A DNA stretch of 63,873 nt, filler included, from Octopus bimaculoides (taxonomy: Eukaryota): assembly GCF_001194135.2 (NCBI RefSeq). It is 11 parts of 10 records of this genome, joined end to end, with 100 filler letters (N's around TTAATTAATTAA, not from the genome) between each part and the next. Parts side by side here need not be neighbours in the genome. Positions count along the whole stretch, not along the records: positions 18,792 to 28,054 come from NC_069007.1; positions 28,155 to 30,748 come from NW_026423365.1; positions 30,849 to 42,974 come from NC_068990.1; 8 more parts are not named here. One strand, 5' to 3'. Positions within the stretch are counted from its first letter, which is position 1, and every line of letters begins with the position of its first letter. Both the position numbers and the translations under genes were made by a program. The notes beneath the pieces are model-generated. The model saw only the letters and a program-made list of their open reading frames with translations. It made no database searches and was not told the origin of the DNA. Positions 22,960 to 36,039 of this stretch are shown in pieces.

Positions 22960-23517
22960 CCTTGAATATTTTTTGTCTNNNNNNNNNNNNNNNNNNNNNN
23001 NNNNNNNNNNNNNNNNNNNNNNNNNNNNNNNNNNNNNNNNNNNNNNNNNNNNNNNNNNNNNNNNNNNNNNNNNNNNNNNNNNNNNNNNNNNNNNNNNNNN
23101 NNNNNNNNNNNNNNNNNNNNNNNNNNNNNNNNNNNNNNNNNNNNNNNNNNNNNNNNNNNNNNNNNNNNNNNNNNNNNNNNNNNNNNNNNNNNNNNNNNNN
23201 NNNNNNNNNNNNNNNNNNNNNNNNNNNNNNNNNNNNNNNNNNNNNNNNNNNNNNNNNNNNNNNNNNNNNNNNNNNNNNNNNNNNNNNNNNNNNNNNNNNN
23301 NNNNNNNNNNNNNNNNNNNNNNNNNNNNNNNNNNNNNNNNNNNNNNNNNNNNNNNNNNNNNNNNNNNNNNNNNNNNNNNNNNNNNNNNNNNNNNNNNNNN
23401 NNNNNNNNNNNNNNNNNNNNNNNNNNNNNNNNNNNNNNNNNNNNNNNNNNNNNNNNNNNNNNNNNNNNNNNNNNNNNNNNNNNNNNNNNNNNNNNNNNNN
23501 NNNNNNNNNNNNNNNNN

Positions 23518-23553
<36 letters not shown>

Positions 23554-23888
23554 GCGACTCCAGGTCACCACCGTCAATCAGGCTCATCACAGATTTTGCA
23601 TAAAACACATACCTGCTCAAAGAATTTCACGTTTTTCCACAATATTTTTAGCCTCAAATGGCTTATTTTTTTTATATCTAGTAGTATGTCTTTCTCCATT
23701 TCTAAGTTAAGGGTAAAAATAATGCAAACCTGCAAAACACAACCTGATCTTTACACACAGACGCACAGAACAACACCAATCAAATAACGACAGCAGAGTG
23801 CACAACAAACATCAGCGATCTGATTGTCACCTGTACTCTTGACAAGAGATGCCAGTTAGTCTTTGACACCTACCAATCTCGTTCGTAT

Positions 23889-24056
23889 CAGCCCGAGTTG
23901 CTGGATAATTTTTTGTTCCTTTAAGAATATTGTAGAATGGAAACTTTTCATAGATTGCAATTTAAATCCTAATCTCTATAGAAATTTATTGCTTCAAGAA
24001 AACATAGAATTTGAATTACTTTTAGTTTTTACTTTTATAGATAACAACTCGGGCTG
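23889..24056. repeat. 168-bp AT-rich segment bounded by a perfect 12-bp inverted repeat
   Basis: cagcccgagttg (23889-23900) and caactcgggctg (24045-24056). Confidence 0.55.
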
Positions 24057-24584
24057 TAGCTTCTGAGTTCGAGTCTGGCGCGTGTGAACGACGTCGAGAG
24101 AACATCAGCTACGAACGATGTTCTTTGACACAGGGCACCTCTAAGATGACCGCCAGATGCTGAACGAAAATAAATGAACTGTGACCAGGCTCAATAAAAG
24201 GAGCCCAGGTTATTGGCTGAAAGTCAGTGTTGGCAGAAATTAAATCAGCTTACAAATACACGTTCACTTTACTAGATTTATACTTGAGCTAAGTCCGAAC
24301 AGCCCCAGGACCATATCATTGCTATTATGTTAAACTGTTGTATATCCAAATTTGGCCAAATGCATTTTAAAAAAATATTTATTTGTGTTTGCAATAGCCA
24401 GTTCTTTTGGTCAAACTATTGTATCTCCAGCTGCATCAGATGCCAAGATACCAAAAATTGTCAATGTGTAGTACAACAGTTTTGCTATGGAACGGTGAAA
24501 CTATTTTTTCGCTTTTTGAAAAAGCAACGTTTTGGACTTACAACCCTTATGCATAATAGCAATTACATCTATATATGTGTGTGT

Positions 24585-24812
24585 ATTTGTGTCTGTGTTT
24601 GTCCCCCCCATCACCACTTGACAACTGGTGTCGGTGTGTTTATGTTCCCCATAACCAAGCGGTTCGGCAAAATAGACCAATGGAATAAGTACCAGGCTTT
24701 AAAAAAAGTCCTGAGCTTGATTCATTGGACTAAAACCTTTCAGAGATGTGCTCCAGCATGGCTGCAGTTAAATTACTGAAACAGGTAAAAGAATGTAAGA
24801 GTAAAAAGAAAG
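24585..24812 (+). mobile_element. SINE B 3' half
   Basis: ttgacaactggtgtcggtgtgtttatg...gcggttcggcaaaa...ctccagcatggctgcag...ctgaaacaggtaaaaga. Confidence 0.85.
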
Positions 24813-24830
24813 AAAAGTTTTCAGAATAGG

Positions 24831-25490
24831 AGCAGGCGTTGCTTCCCAACCACATGGTTCCGGGTTCAGTCCTGCTATGTGGCACCTTGGGCAAGTGTCT
24901 TCTACTATAACCTCAGGCTGACCAAAGCCTTGTGAGTGGATTTAGTACGCAGAAACTGAAAGAAGCCCATCATATATATATATATACAAATATTTTATGA
25001 TTATATACATAATTATAACAAGGGCTTGGCTTGTGCCTTACCACACACTGAAAAAATAGACGTTAAAAGACACTATTACCCCCATAGATTCTCTGAGAAT
25101 AACACACCACATAATACATTTCTTTCTTTTGCCAGCCTATTATGTGGTGTGTTTATTCTCGGAGAATTTATGGTGGTAATAGTGTCATTTGATGTCTATT
25201 TTTCAGTGCATGGTGAGGAGCAAGCCAAGCCCTTGTTATAATTATGTATATAATTATAAAATATTTATAAAATTTACCTATGAGGTTTTTATTTCCGCGC
25301 TGACCACATTGTAAAAATTACGGGACGTCTGTTTACGTCCCCGTAAACTAGCGGTTCGGCAAAATGAACCGATAGAATAAGTACCAGGTTTAAAAAACAT
25401 GAAGTAATGGGGTCGATTCATTCAACTAAAAATTCTTCAAGGCGGCGCCCCGGCATGGCCGCAGTCTAGTGACGGAAACAAGTAAAAAAA
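24831..25490 (+). mobile_element. SINE B split by a foldback insertion (head 24831-24975, tail about 25330-25490)
   Basis: Head and tail match family B; foldback sits in the internal TA microsatellite. Confidence 0.75.
24988..25266. mobile_element. Foldback/hairpin MITE, 129-bp arms and 21-nt loop
   Basis: 24988-25116 is the near-perfect reverse complement of 25138-25266. Confidence 0.88.
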
Positions 25491-26165
25491 NNNNNNNNNN
25501 NNNNNNNNNNNNNNNNNNNNNNNNNNNNNNNNNNNNNNNNNNNNNNNNNNNNNNNNNNNNNNNNNNNNNNNNNNNNNNNNNNNNNNNNNNNNNNNNNNNN
25601 NNNNNNNNNNNNNNNNNNNNNNNNNNNNNNNNNNNNNNNNNNNNNNNNNNNNNNNNNNNNNNNNNNNNNNNNNNNNNNNNNNNNNNNNNNNNNNNNNNNN
25701 NNNNNNNNNNNNNNNNNNNNNNNNNNNNNNNNNNNNNNNNNNNNNNNNNNNNNNNNNNNNNNNNNNNNNNNNNNNNNNNNNNNNNNNNNNNNNNNNNNNN
25801 NNNNNNNNNNNNNNNNNNNNNNNNNNNNNNNNNNNNNNNNNNNNNNNNNNNNNNNNNNNNNNNNNNNNNNNNNNNNNNNNNNNNNNNNNNNNNNNNNNNN
25901 NNNNNNNNNNNNNNNNNNNNNNNNNNNNNNNNNNNNNNNNNNNNNNNNNNNNNNNNNNNNNNNNNNNNNNNNNNNNNNNNNNNNNNNNNNNNNNNNNNNN
26001 NNNNNNNNNNNNNNNNNNNNNNNNNNNNNNNNNNNNNNNNNNNNNNNNNNNNNNNNNNNNNNNNNNNNNNNNNNNNNNNNNNNNNNNNNNNNNNNNNNNN
26101 NNNNNNNNNNNNNNNNNNNNNNNNNNNNNNNNNNNNNNNNNNNNNNNNNNNNNNNNNNNNNNNNN

Positions 26166-26253
<88 letters not shown>

Positions 26254-26407
26254 GGACAGATGTAAACACATTCTGGCGTAATTAAGATTAAAAGATAGTG
26301 TGATGAAAGGAGGAGAGAGTGAGAAAGGAAGAGAAAGAGAACAAATAGAGAGAGAGAGAGAGAGAGAGAAAGAGGAAGAGAGAGCGATTTAGTGTGTGAA
26401 TGAATGA

Positions 26408-26440
<33 letters not shown>

Positions 26441-26914
26441 TGTAAACACACACACACACGTCTTTCAGCAGTTTCACTTACTGGATTGCGATCGTGCACC
26501 TCGCCCTGGACTACATATTTCCACGTATGCACGTATGTGTGCACGTATGTGTGCATATATGTGCATTTATGTATATATTTATGTGTGTGTGTGTGTGTTA
26601 ATACAAACATCTGTTGTATATTCGCTATACTTACCATTCATTGTTTCCCTGAGACTTTAAACGTGCAAATAGTCAAATGAACAGCCAAATAGCCAAAATG
26701 TCAAATAATCAAATGGATGATGGACATGTCTTGATGATGATGATGATGTTGCAAATGATGACGATGTTGACGATGATAATGATGATGATGAAGAGGCGGA
26801 AGCGGATGACGATACCAAGGATCTAGATCTTGTTATTGTTATCGTAGTTATTCCATCCAGCAGATTCATGTACAAAGACACTCCACACGTGACTATCCTG
26901 TAAATAATAACATC

Positions 26915-27410
26915 CTAACGTTCTTCTTTTGAAACGGGAGGACGACGTTGTTGTTGTGTGATTCGAGAGACACGTAGCTGCTATTTCTAGCGTTCACTGG
27001 TTCTTTCAGTGGTTCGTTGTCGTTGTTGTTGTATGCAGGTCACAGACATAAACAAGCAGACATACGTTGAGAGGCGTTCCGGCCGCGACCATCCTGTATT
27101 TTTATCAGACATAGTGTACATCTAAGACAGCAATATTTAATCAATGTGTCCTTTCTTTTATTCTGACCGTATGTGTAATTCGAGAGAGATTTGGCTGCTA
27201 TTTCTAGCGTGCACACGTTTCTTTACTGGTTCGTTAGTATCGTTGTTGTTGCTGCTGTTATTGGTCAGTCTAGGTCATATATTCGTTGAAAGGCTTTCTA
27301 ACCATGACCATCCTCTCATAGATCGATTTAACCAACGTGTCCTTCCGTTTCCTTTGTACCGAATGTGTAATTCGACAGAGATTTGGCTTCTGTTTCTAGC
27401 TCCTTCGCTG
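26915..27410. repeat. Repeat family E, about 2.5 degenerate tandem units of about 200 bp
   Basis: gtgt(g/a)attcga...gct(g/t)ct(a/g)tttctagc at 26956, 27173 and 27365; reverse-complement motif also at about 10685 and 52520. Confidence 0.7.
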
Positions 27411-27817
27411 GCACCCTGTCGTCGCCCTTCTTGTTGTTTAGCCCTCGGCTCAAGACTGATCCAGCTGACCTATGGCCTAAAACATTCCACTCGTGATCCT
27501 CCCGCCTTTTTCCTTTCTTCACTCAGACGAAACATATATATCTAGGACTACGCCAGCCAATGTTGTACTCTCTCTCTCTCTCTCCCTCTTTATGATAGTA
27601 GGATGAGTGTGATTTGAGTGAGACTCAACTGCTACTTCTAGGAGGAGGAGTGACCAGTTATGAGGCTCCCCCGTTAATTCTTGACGACGATGATGGTGAT
27701 AGTGGCGGTGGTGGTTATGATGATGGTGATGATGGTGATGATGATGGTGGTGGTGATGGAAACAAAGGTTGAACTGTAAACAAAGTCAGTTATTTTGGGC
27801 AAAGTCACAGCCAATGC

Positions 27818-27848
<31 letters not shown>

Positions 27849-28006
27849 AGAAGGAGAGAGGGAGAGAGAGAGAGAAATATGGAAAAGAAAGCTAAAGTCA
27901 ATTTCAGATAAGTTGCAGTTTATGCACACACACACACACACATGCAATATGTCTATGTATGTGTACACGTATATTTATGTATGTGTATGTAAATGCATAT
28001 CTATAC

Positions 28007-28054
<48 letters not shown>

Positions 28055-28154
28055 NNNNNNNNNNNNNNNNNNNNNNNNNNNNNNNNNNNNNNNNNNNNTT
28101 AATTAATTAANNNNNNNNNNNNNNNNNNNNNNNNNNNNNNNNNNNNNNNNNNNN

Positions 28155-28279
28155 ATGGTTGCAGAAAGGAAGCCGAAAGGGAGACAGAGGTTGTAAGCAA
28201 TAGCACAGGATCAAGCATTCAGAACTAACTACATAAAAGCCAAAAAAGGAAGAAAAAAACAGGTAAATTCCTAATGTAG
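28155..28279 (+). pseudogene. R4/Dong-like fragment duplicating 29415-29535
   Basis: WLQK..LKRETE...AQDQAFRTNYIKAK; clearly diverged from the downstream copy. Confidence 0.75.
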
Positions 28280-28289
28280 AAACTGTTCA

Positions 28290-30166
28290 CACGAATACTC
28301 ACAGAAAACATTTGGAAGCACCTTGATAACCAGAATTTGCTACTAGAAGGGAAAAGTTTTCTGAAAGAAGGCTCGAGGAACGCACGATCTATTACACAGA
28401 AAGCAGTTCTAAAAGCGAGAATGCAAACTTCAACAGTATAAAAATCATATGGCATGATTCAACACTCATGGATCGTTGAATGTCAAGTATATTCTGTATT
28501 GCAAACAACTTAAGAGAGTTAATTAGCTATAGCAAAAGTGTAATGAATTGGAAAGTATATCTCTACTCAGGTGAAACAGCCTTAGGAAAAGTTAATATCA
28601 GGTGAGGAATTCTCCAGGGAGAATCGTTATCTCCATTAATATTTGTGTTATGCTTAACGGTCCTCAATTTAGTACTAAGAAAGGCAAAGTCAGGGTATCA
28701 GTTTAGAGATGTTAAAGGAAATATTAATCATTTGCTCAAGCTGAACGATTTGAAGCTTTTTGGTTCCTTAATATAAAATGTAAGACTCTTCAGCAAAGAT
28801 ATGGGTGTGGAATTTGGCATAGATAAGTGCACAACATAAGTCATAAAAAGGGGACAGGTAGACAGGAGTGAAGGCCAGACAGCAAGAGAGTAAAATCACT
28901 GAAAGTGCTTCGGAGTATTAGAATCTGACAGCGTACTAACTATGGAAACGGAAACAAAGTAGTCCATCAGAAGAATGAAGAAGCTAATGAAAGGAAGCTN
29001 NNNNNNNNNNNNNNNNNNNNNNNNNNNNNNNNNNNNNNNNNNNNNNNNNNNNNNNNNNNNNNNNNNNNNNNNNNNNNNNNNNNNNNNNNNNNNNNNNNNN
29101 NNNNNNNNNNNNNNNNNNNNNNNNNNNNNNNNNNNNNNNNNNNNNNNNNNNNNNNNNNNNNNNNNNNNNNNNNNNNNNNNNNNNNNNNNNNNNNNNNNAT
29201 AACGAAGGTGGGAGAGGGTTAATATCAGTAGAAGGCAGCGTCGAGTTAGCTATAATAGATATATATAATATTGAAAAAAATGTATGAGCTGCTAGAGTTA
29301 CAGTAGGAGGTAGGAAAGCCAAGAGCCAGGAAGACTAACTGACAAGAGAAGGTATTTGCATGGTAGATTCCTAAAGACAGTTGCAGGAAATAGTAATGGT
29401 GAGACATGGTAATGGTTGCAGAAAAGAAGCTGAAAAGGGAGACAGAGTTTGTAAGCAACAGCACAGGATAAAGCATTCAGGTCTAACTACATAAAAGCCA
29501 AAATAGACAAAAACCAGGTAAATTCCCAATGTAGGTTAGGTAAATCAAAAGAAGAAAGTGTTACTAATATCATAAGTGAATCTATCAAGCTGGCAAAGAA
29601 AGAATCCAAGAAATGACATGACAACCTCTGGAAAATAATCCACTGAGAGATATGTAGAGAGCTAGGATTTGACCATACTGATAAATGGTATGAACATGAA
29701 CGTAGTAATGTGCTAGAAAGTAAAAAGTATAAGATATGACATTTTAACATTCAGACTGACAGAGTAGTAGAAGCTAGAAGGCCTGAATTAGTATTAGCAG
29801 ATAAAAAGAATAGAAAGCGCTAGGTAATTGACTTTACAGTCAGAAATAATGGAAAAATCCTTATAAGAGGTATAGGAAACATAGTAAAGTACTAGAACAT
29901 AGACATTGAGTTACAGAGTCTATGGGAAGTGCGGGTAAAATGTATCCCCGTTATTATAAGTGCATTAGGAATTATTCCTAAAGATTTGCACAGATGAAAT
30001 GAAATAAATATTAAATCTAGTTAGTGAAGCTCCAGAAAACAGTGTTATTAGGGACAGCAAGGATACTTAGGAAGGTTCTTGACATCTAAGGTTACTTGAT
30101 GTAGCCCGACGTAGGAAAATTCTTTCCAACAATCTAAACTGTTGTGTGTAAAAAGAATAATGATAA
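28290..30166 (+). mobile_element. 5'-truncated R4/Dong-like LINE (RT, zinc knuckle, RLE, 3' UTR, AAT tail), defective
   Basis: HSWIVEC, GILQGESLSPLIF, INHLL.LNDLKLF, FGIDKC, EGGRGLISVE, QCRL...ESV..I, ARRPELVLADKK, IPVIISALG, LQKTVLLGTARILRKVL in the expected order; stops and frameshifts; gap 29000-29198. Confidence 0.9.
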
Positions 30167-30849
30167 ATTGGTAAGTGGATGCTCAAGTGAACAACTTAGG
30201 GAATTAGTACCGTCCTTACTCTGTAGCACCTGCATCTGAGGGAGTCCTGCGGCAAGTTACACAGGGTGAACTGGACGCCCCTAAACCTTAGAGAGAATGT
30301 TGTACTTGACATAACCCATGTAATGAAAGTTACAATATGCTAAACATACATGGAGAGTGAACCACGTAGAATATCACCTTCATTCTTCTGCTTCTAGCAG
30401 AATAATTTAGTCCTAGATGCCATTTAATAACTTAATGGTTCATTTTGATAGTAAGTTCGGACTCATATTTCGGAGAGTTCTATGAAAATTAACATCCACA
30501 TCATGTGATGTATTACAATAATTATCGTAGATGTAGGTTTCAGGACTAATGAATGTCCGTTACTTGAACATTTGCGCTATCAGCCCTATCGTAAGCATTT
30601 GAGACAATGATATTCCATTGTCTCACACGCTACCGTCTTAACCAAGGAAAGAACACAACACACATTGGGATATAAGTAAGTCAACGGGATGATCATGACC
30701 GAAACGCCTCTGATAATAGTCTTGTCATTAATGAACAACAAGCATACANNNNNNNNNNNNNNNNNNNNNNNNNNNNNNNNNNNNNNNNNNNNTTAATTAA
30801 TTAANNNNNNNNNNNNNNNNNNNNNNNNNNNNNNNNNNNNNNNNNNNNA

Positions 30850-30900
30850 AAGTTATCTATCTATCTATCTATCTATCTCTCTTTCTATTTAATCTATCTT

Positions 30901-30967
<67 letters not shown>

Positions 30968-31105
30968 GCCTGCCTACCTATCTATCTACCTACCTACCTA
31001 CCTACCTACCTACCTACCTACCTACATACATACATACATACATACCTACATACATACATAGATACATGCATACATACATACATTCATAAATACATACATA
31101 CATAC
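30850..31105. repeat. Compound (CTAT)n/(CCTA)n/(CATA)n microsatellite
   Basis: Direct inspection; similar blocks at 19195-19465, 20460-20630, 35760-36070. Confidence 0.95.
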
Positions 31106-31469
31106 CTGCCAGCAATCTGTCTCTCTCTGTTACTGCATGTATGTATGTATGTATAAAGGAGAAGCAGAAAATGTCGATTCAGAGAATCGTGCAGCTATCT
31201 CAGAAAGCTCTCCTCTTACGGACTCGGCTACCAGTCCACAAGAAATCTAATGATTGTCTATGTGACTGAAAATCCGGAAAATCCGAGCATTTGCATCATT
31301 TCATTATGCATAAGGTCGTAATGCTATTGAAGACAAGTAGTTAAATATATATTCACCTCTCACATCTTTTGTTTTTATGTTTATTCTGTTGGATATATCT
31401 TCTGTCTAAAAACTTAATTTCTTCTTTCCTATTCGCTTCTTTTATAGTGATGGCGTTGTTGACTAACTA

Positions 31470-31885
31470 GACCAGTTCTTGCTTGTCGTTTAATTTCTTC
31501 CTTTTCTCTTCTGGTGGCTTCGATGGTTTGGTTCCGATGATGATGGAACACCGCCAGTTGTTCCGTTTTCTAGATCGTGTTAAAAACGATTTAGGATAAA
31601 GTCCTTTGGCTTTCAATATTGTTTTTGAGTTGATCCTTGTATCTTCGAAGAGGGCAACAACGTGGTCTTTTCCATGAAGTGAGCTCGTTGAATAAGACTT
31701 GACGTGAAAGCCTTGGCTCTTCAATTCATACTACATGTCCTAACCATTGAAGACGGTGTTTCATGATCAGCGATTTGATGCTTTCACTGTTGGCTTTTTC
31801 CAGGACTTTGTTGTTGGACACATAACATTCCCATTTGATGTTCAAGATTGAATGAAGCGTTCTAATTTTTAGACGTCACGACAAT
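31470..31885 (-). pseudogene. RTE (BovB-like) LINE 3' ORF fragment
   Basis: KLERF...LNIKW...VSNNKVLEKA...HRLQWLGHVV*IEEPRLSRQVLFNEL...RYKDQLK. Confidence 0.85.
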
Positions 31886-31889
31886 ATAG

Positions 31890-32030
31890 AGTCCAAGTTT
31901 CGTCGTTATATAGCTCGGCCCGAAACTATAATAGAAGACACTTGCCCAAAGTGCCACGCAGGGGGACTGAAGCCGAAACCTTATGGTAGGGAAGCATGTT
32001 TTTTTACCACACAGCCCCGCGTATACATAT
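31890..32030 (-). mobile_element. SINE B 5' half
   Basis: atagaagacacttgcccaaagtgccacgcagggggactgaa...ttaccacacagcc. Confidence 0.85.
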
Positions 32031-33758
32031 ATTTGTATAATAATACAAATGATATGTGAGCATATGCATATATACATACATATATCTACATACCTACATC
32101 TACTTGTATATATAGATGCATATCCGGGTACAGGACGTCAAAAAAAACGTGGGCAAAAAAGGAACGGGAACATAAACAAAGCACAAAAATGTTTTTAAAA
32201 TGAAAATAAATGACAAAATGCCATTAGCCTCAAAGAAATTAAGTTGCAAAAAATCTTGTACAACTCATCAAGAATAAAACGAAGCTATAAAATTAGGAAC
32301 AATTGCAGCAACAACGGCAGTGACTGCAGCAATATATATATATTATTCCTAATTTAGGTACGAATTTAATAAAAGCGGGAAATATCACAGCAACCCCGCC
32401 ATATTTGTACTAGCTTGCCTTATATTTTTATCTGTTCTAGATTGTATGATTTATTTATCTTTTCATATAAGTTCTGGAATATTTATTTATGTATTACTGA
32501 CTCAAGTTATTCCGGTCAAGAATTGTCGTCACAATTCTCATTCACACGATTTTCTTGTAAGAGTCTTTAAAGAAAATAAACTTGAAATATATTAGCCAAC
32601 AGTATATAGAAGACTATTAAATGTGACTATCTTTTTCTACAAGCAAAATATCACGTAGGAGTTGACACCGTTACGTGGCTCCTCAATTTGCAAGAAATAA
32701 TAGCCAAATAACCTTTATATCTTATTCCATCACCAAACAAAAAAAGTGGGTGGGCAAGATGAGTCTAAAATTGAAGACTGGCTAAAGGGGAAATGGTTTA
32801 ATGATAAATATTGTAGAAAGATTTTTAACGCTAAAAAGAGCAACTACAACTCCATCTGGTGTGAGATAAATATTGAATACAGTATATATTTTACAGGGGA
32901 CATGACACTTTTCTCCCCCATTTTTCTTTTTCCTTTTCTGTTTCCTTTTCCCCCCTTTTTCTTTCTCCTTTTTCTTTTTTTCCTTTTTCCTTTTTTTCCT
33001 TTCGTTTTCCGGTGCTTCACCCTTACTCGTTTTCTTGTAATTTCTCTTTTTCTATAGTCCTATATTAGCTTGTATATGCCATCTGAGCACAGTCTGAAGA
33101 TTGCATGAAGGCAGCAGACATTTTACAAAATGTTGTCTGTGTCATTTTCATTGCATGAAGCTATAAGTAGCCCAATACTATAAACATGTGTGTGTCTGTG
33201 CTTGCGCGCGTGTATATCAGAGAGTAATAAATTGATTGAAATATATATATACACACACCACCCACTAAGACAGAGAAAGAGAGGTGCAGCTACAGGTATA
33301 AGTAAGAGCAGAGATAAAAGGTGCGATAGTGAGAGGGAAATAATAAACGAAGAAGTGGAAGGAGATGAAGAAGTGGAAGAAGAAAAAGAAAAAGAAGAAG
33401 GGGGAGGGAAGAAGGAAGAACTGTGAAACGGATGAAAAATTATGTTCTAATGAGTAAAGATTCGTTGATTATTACTCAACTAAAATTAATTAATTCGATT
33501 AAAGATTTAATTCCATTTCCTTCAACTTAATTAGCAGAAGAACAGCTAGAAAGTCTACTTACGTAAAAGAACTTCACTGGCTAGCACTCTATCCAGGGAA
33601 ACGTGTGAGTGTGCGTGTGTATGTGTGGATGTGTGTTTGTGTGTGTGAGGGCGTTCGTGTGTGTCTCACAACGCTATATCCCGAAGAGAATCAACGCTCT
33701 CTTTACCTCAATGATCCATCACCTCACGCTGATTAACACTACTCCTCGCTACCACCAG

Positions 33759-33789
<31 letters not shown>

Positions 33790-34315
33790 GTGGTTGGCAC
33801 AGTGTTCCGTTATTAGGGCCACAGCAGGTTCGAATGCTGTAAGTGGTCCTGCTCCGTCTAACAGATACTTTCAATCCGCTGTAGAGTCAACTATTATGTA
33901 CAGCTTCATTTTGGTGAGCTTAAGAATTACCATCAAATGCTTCAATTCTTCACTCCAATGCACATGCGCGCGCACGAACACGCACGCACGCGCACATAAA
34001 CACAGACGCACGCACACACACACAACGCGCGCATGCACACACACACACACACACACATACACACACACACTGTTCTTGAATTTCGTCCTTGTTTCTTTTA
34101 TATGTTCGTCTTAAATCAACAATCGTAAGACTTCGTTTTGTTCCTTTTTCGGCCTTGGCACTATTCACAGAAATGATCTCATGTTTTCTAGCGCCGAAAT
34201 CGTAATAACTTAAAATGAAAACATGGCCGAGCAATTGTCTGTTGATTGATTGCCTTTTATTTTCATTGTTATATATATAATTAAAAGTCACATATATGCC
34301 AACTGCCAACACAAA

Positions 34316-34528
34316 AGCGGTGAGCTAGCAGAATCGTTAGCCTGTCCGGACAATAAATGCCTAGCGGCATTTCGTTCGTCTTTATGCTCTGCGTTGAAAT
34401 TCCACCGAGGTCGACTTTGCTTCTCATCAATATGGGGTCGATACAAAACGTACAAGTTGAACATTGGAATTTATCTAATCGACTTACACCCGTTCCCGAA
34501 ATTGCTGGCCTGGTGGCAAAATTTTATA
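34316..34528 (+). mobile_element. SINE A (A2-like tail), diverged
   Basis: gcggtgagctagcagaatcgttagc...ttgaaattccaccgaggtcgactttgc. Confidence 0.85.
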
Positions 34529-35811
34529 TATATATTTATGTGTGTGTGTGTGTGAATGGTAACTGTGTCATCGAATGGTTCGAGGGTCCTGATGGAATGT
34601 TCGCTTTTCTGTCTTACGCTGTATTTTTAAATGTCTTACGCACCTTCGTAGCTAGTATGGCCAACTTTATATACAGGTAGTGTGACTATGTGTATATATG
34701 TGATTGTATCGAAAACTCATCAATGTTATGACTGAAGCTGTTATTGCGTTAAAGTCTGCAATAATCAATGCTACAGAATGCTAGAACACATATTGAAATG
34801 CAGAAAAATCATTAATTTGTTCGACAAATAAATCNNNNNNNNNNNNNNNNNNNNNNNNNNNNNNNNNNNNNNNNNNNNNNNNNNNNNNNNNNNNNNNNNN
34901 NNNNNNNNNNNNNNNNNNNNNNNNNNNNNNNNNNNNNNNNNNNNNNNNNNNNNNNNNNNNNNNNNNNNNNNNNNNNNNNNNNNNNNNNNNNNNNNNNNNN
35001 NNNNNNNNNNNNNNNNNNNNNNNNNNNNNNNNNNNNNNNNNNNNNNNNNNNNNNNNNNNNNNNNNNNNNNNNNNNNNNNNNNNNNNNNNNNNNNNNNNNN
35101 NNNNNNNNNNNNNNNNNNNNNNNNNNNNNNNNNNNNNNNNNNNNNNNNNNNNNNNNNNNNNNNNNNNNNNNNNNNNNNNNNNNNNNNNNNNNNNNNNNNN
35201 NNNNNNNNNNNNNNNNNNNNNNNNNNNATACATACATACACACATATATACGTGCACACACATCTAGATATGCATGCAAACACACATGCATGATGGTGTA
35301 TAAATGGATGAACGTATATGGCGTTGGATGGAATGCCTCACATTTCAGCTCAGTGTATCATGAGTTCAAAACCTCAGTTTGTGTTATCGGAAAATGATAG
35401 GCCTCCGTACCTCGGCCGAAAAACAAAGAAGACAAAAACAGAGAGACCGAGCGAAGTAAGCAAAAAAAATCAGGTGATAAAGTGTTCGAGAAATATCAGC
35501 TTAACACTTCGTATCGTCTGACATTCCTGCAGAACTTCATAAATGTGTGTGTGTGTGTATGTGTGGCGTGTTTGAGAAGATAGGTTGACATGATATTGAA
35601 TCTTGCAGCAGGAACCATATGACCTTAAATGCAACAAAAGCTATGCCAAAACAAAAAGAAATACATTAAAAGTTACTGAAGAAAATATAAAATGTATAGA
35701 GGCGAGCGAATTGCATTTTGATTACTTACATACTGACATTCACTCATTCACACCGCTTTACACCTACCTACCTACCTACCTACCTACCTACCTACCTTCA
35801 TACATACATAC

Positions 35812-35842
<31 letters not shown>

Positions 35843-35997
35843 CATACATACATACATACATACATTCAGACTAAATTTAATAAAATATTAAAAAAATTTA
35901 TGAGTAAAGTATACTTTTCTCATATTTGCACGACTAAAAGCACACACTCCCATCACACATTCACTCTGTCTATCTATCTATCTATCTATCTACCTAC

Positions 35998-36039
<42 letters not shown>

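Noticed and set aside
33790-33845. tRNA gene (ggttcgaatgctg)
   Set aside because: Only a T-loop-like string; no cloverleaf. At most a decayed SINE head.
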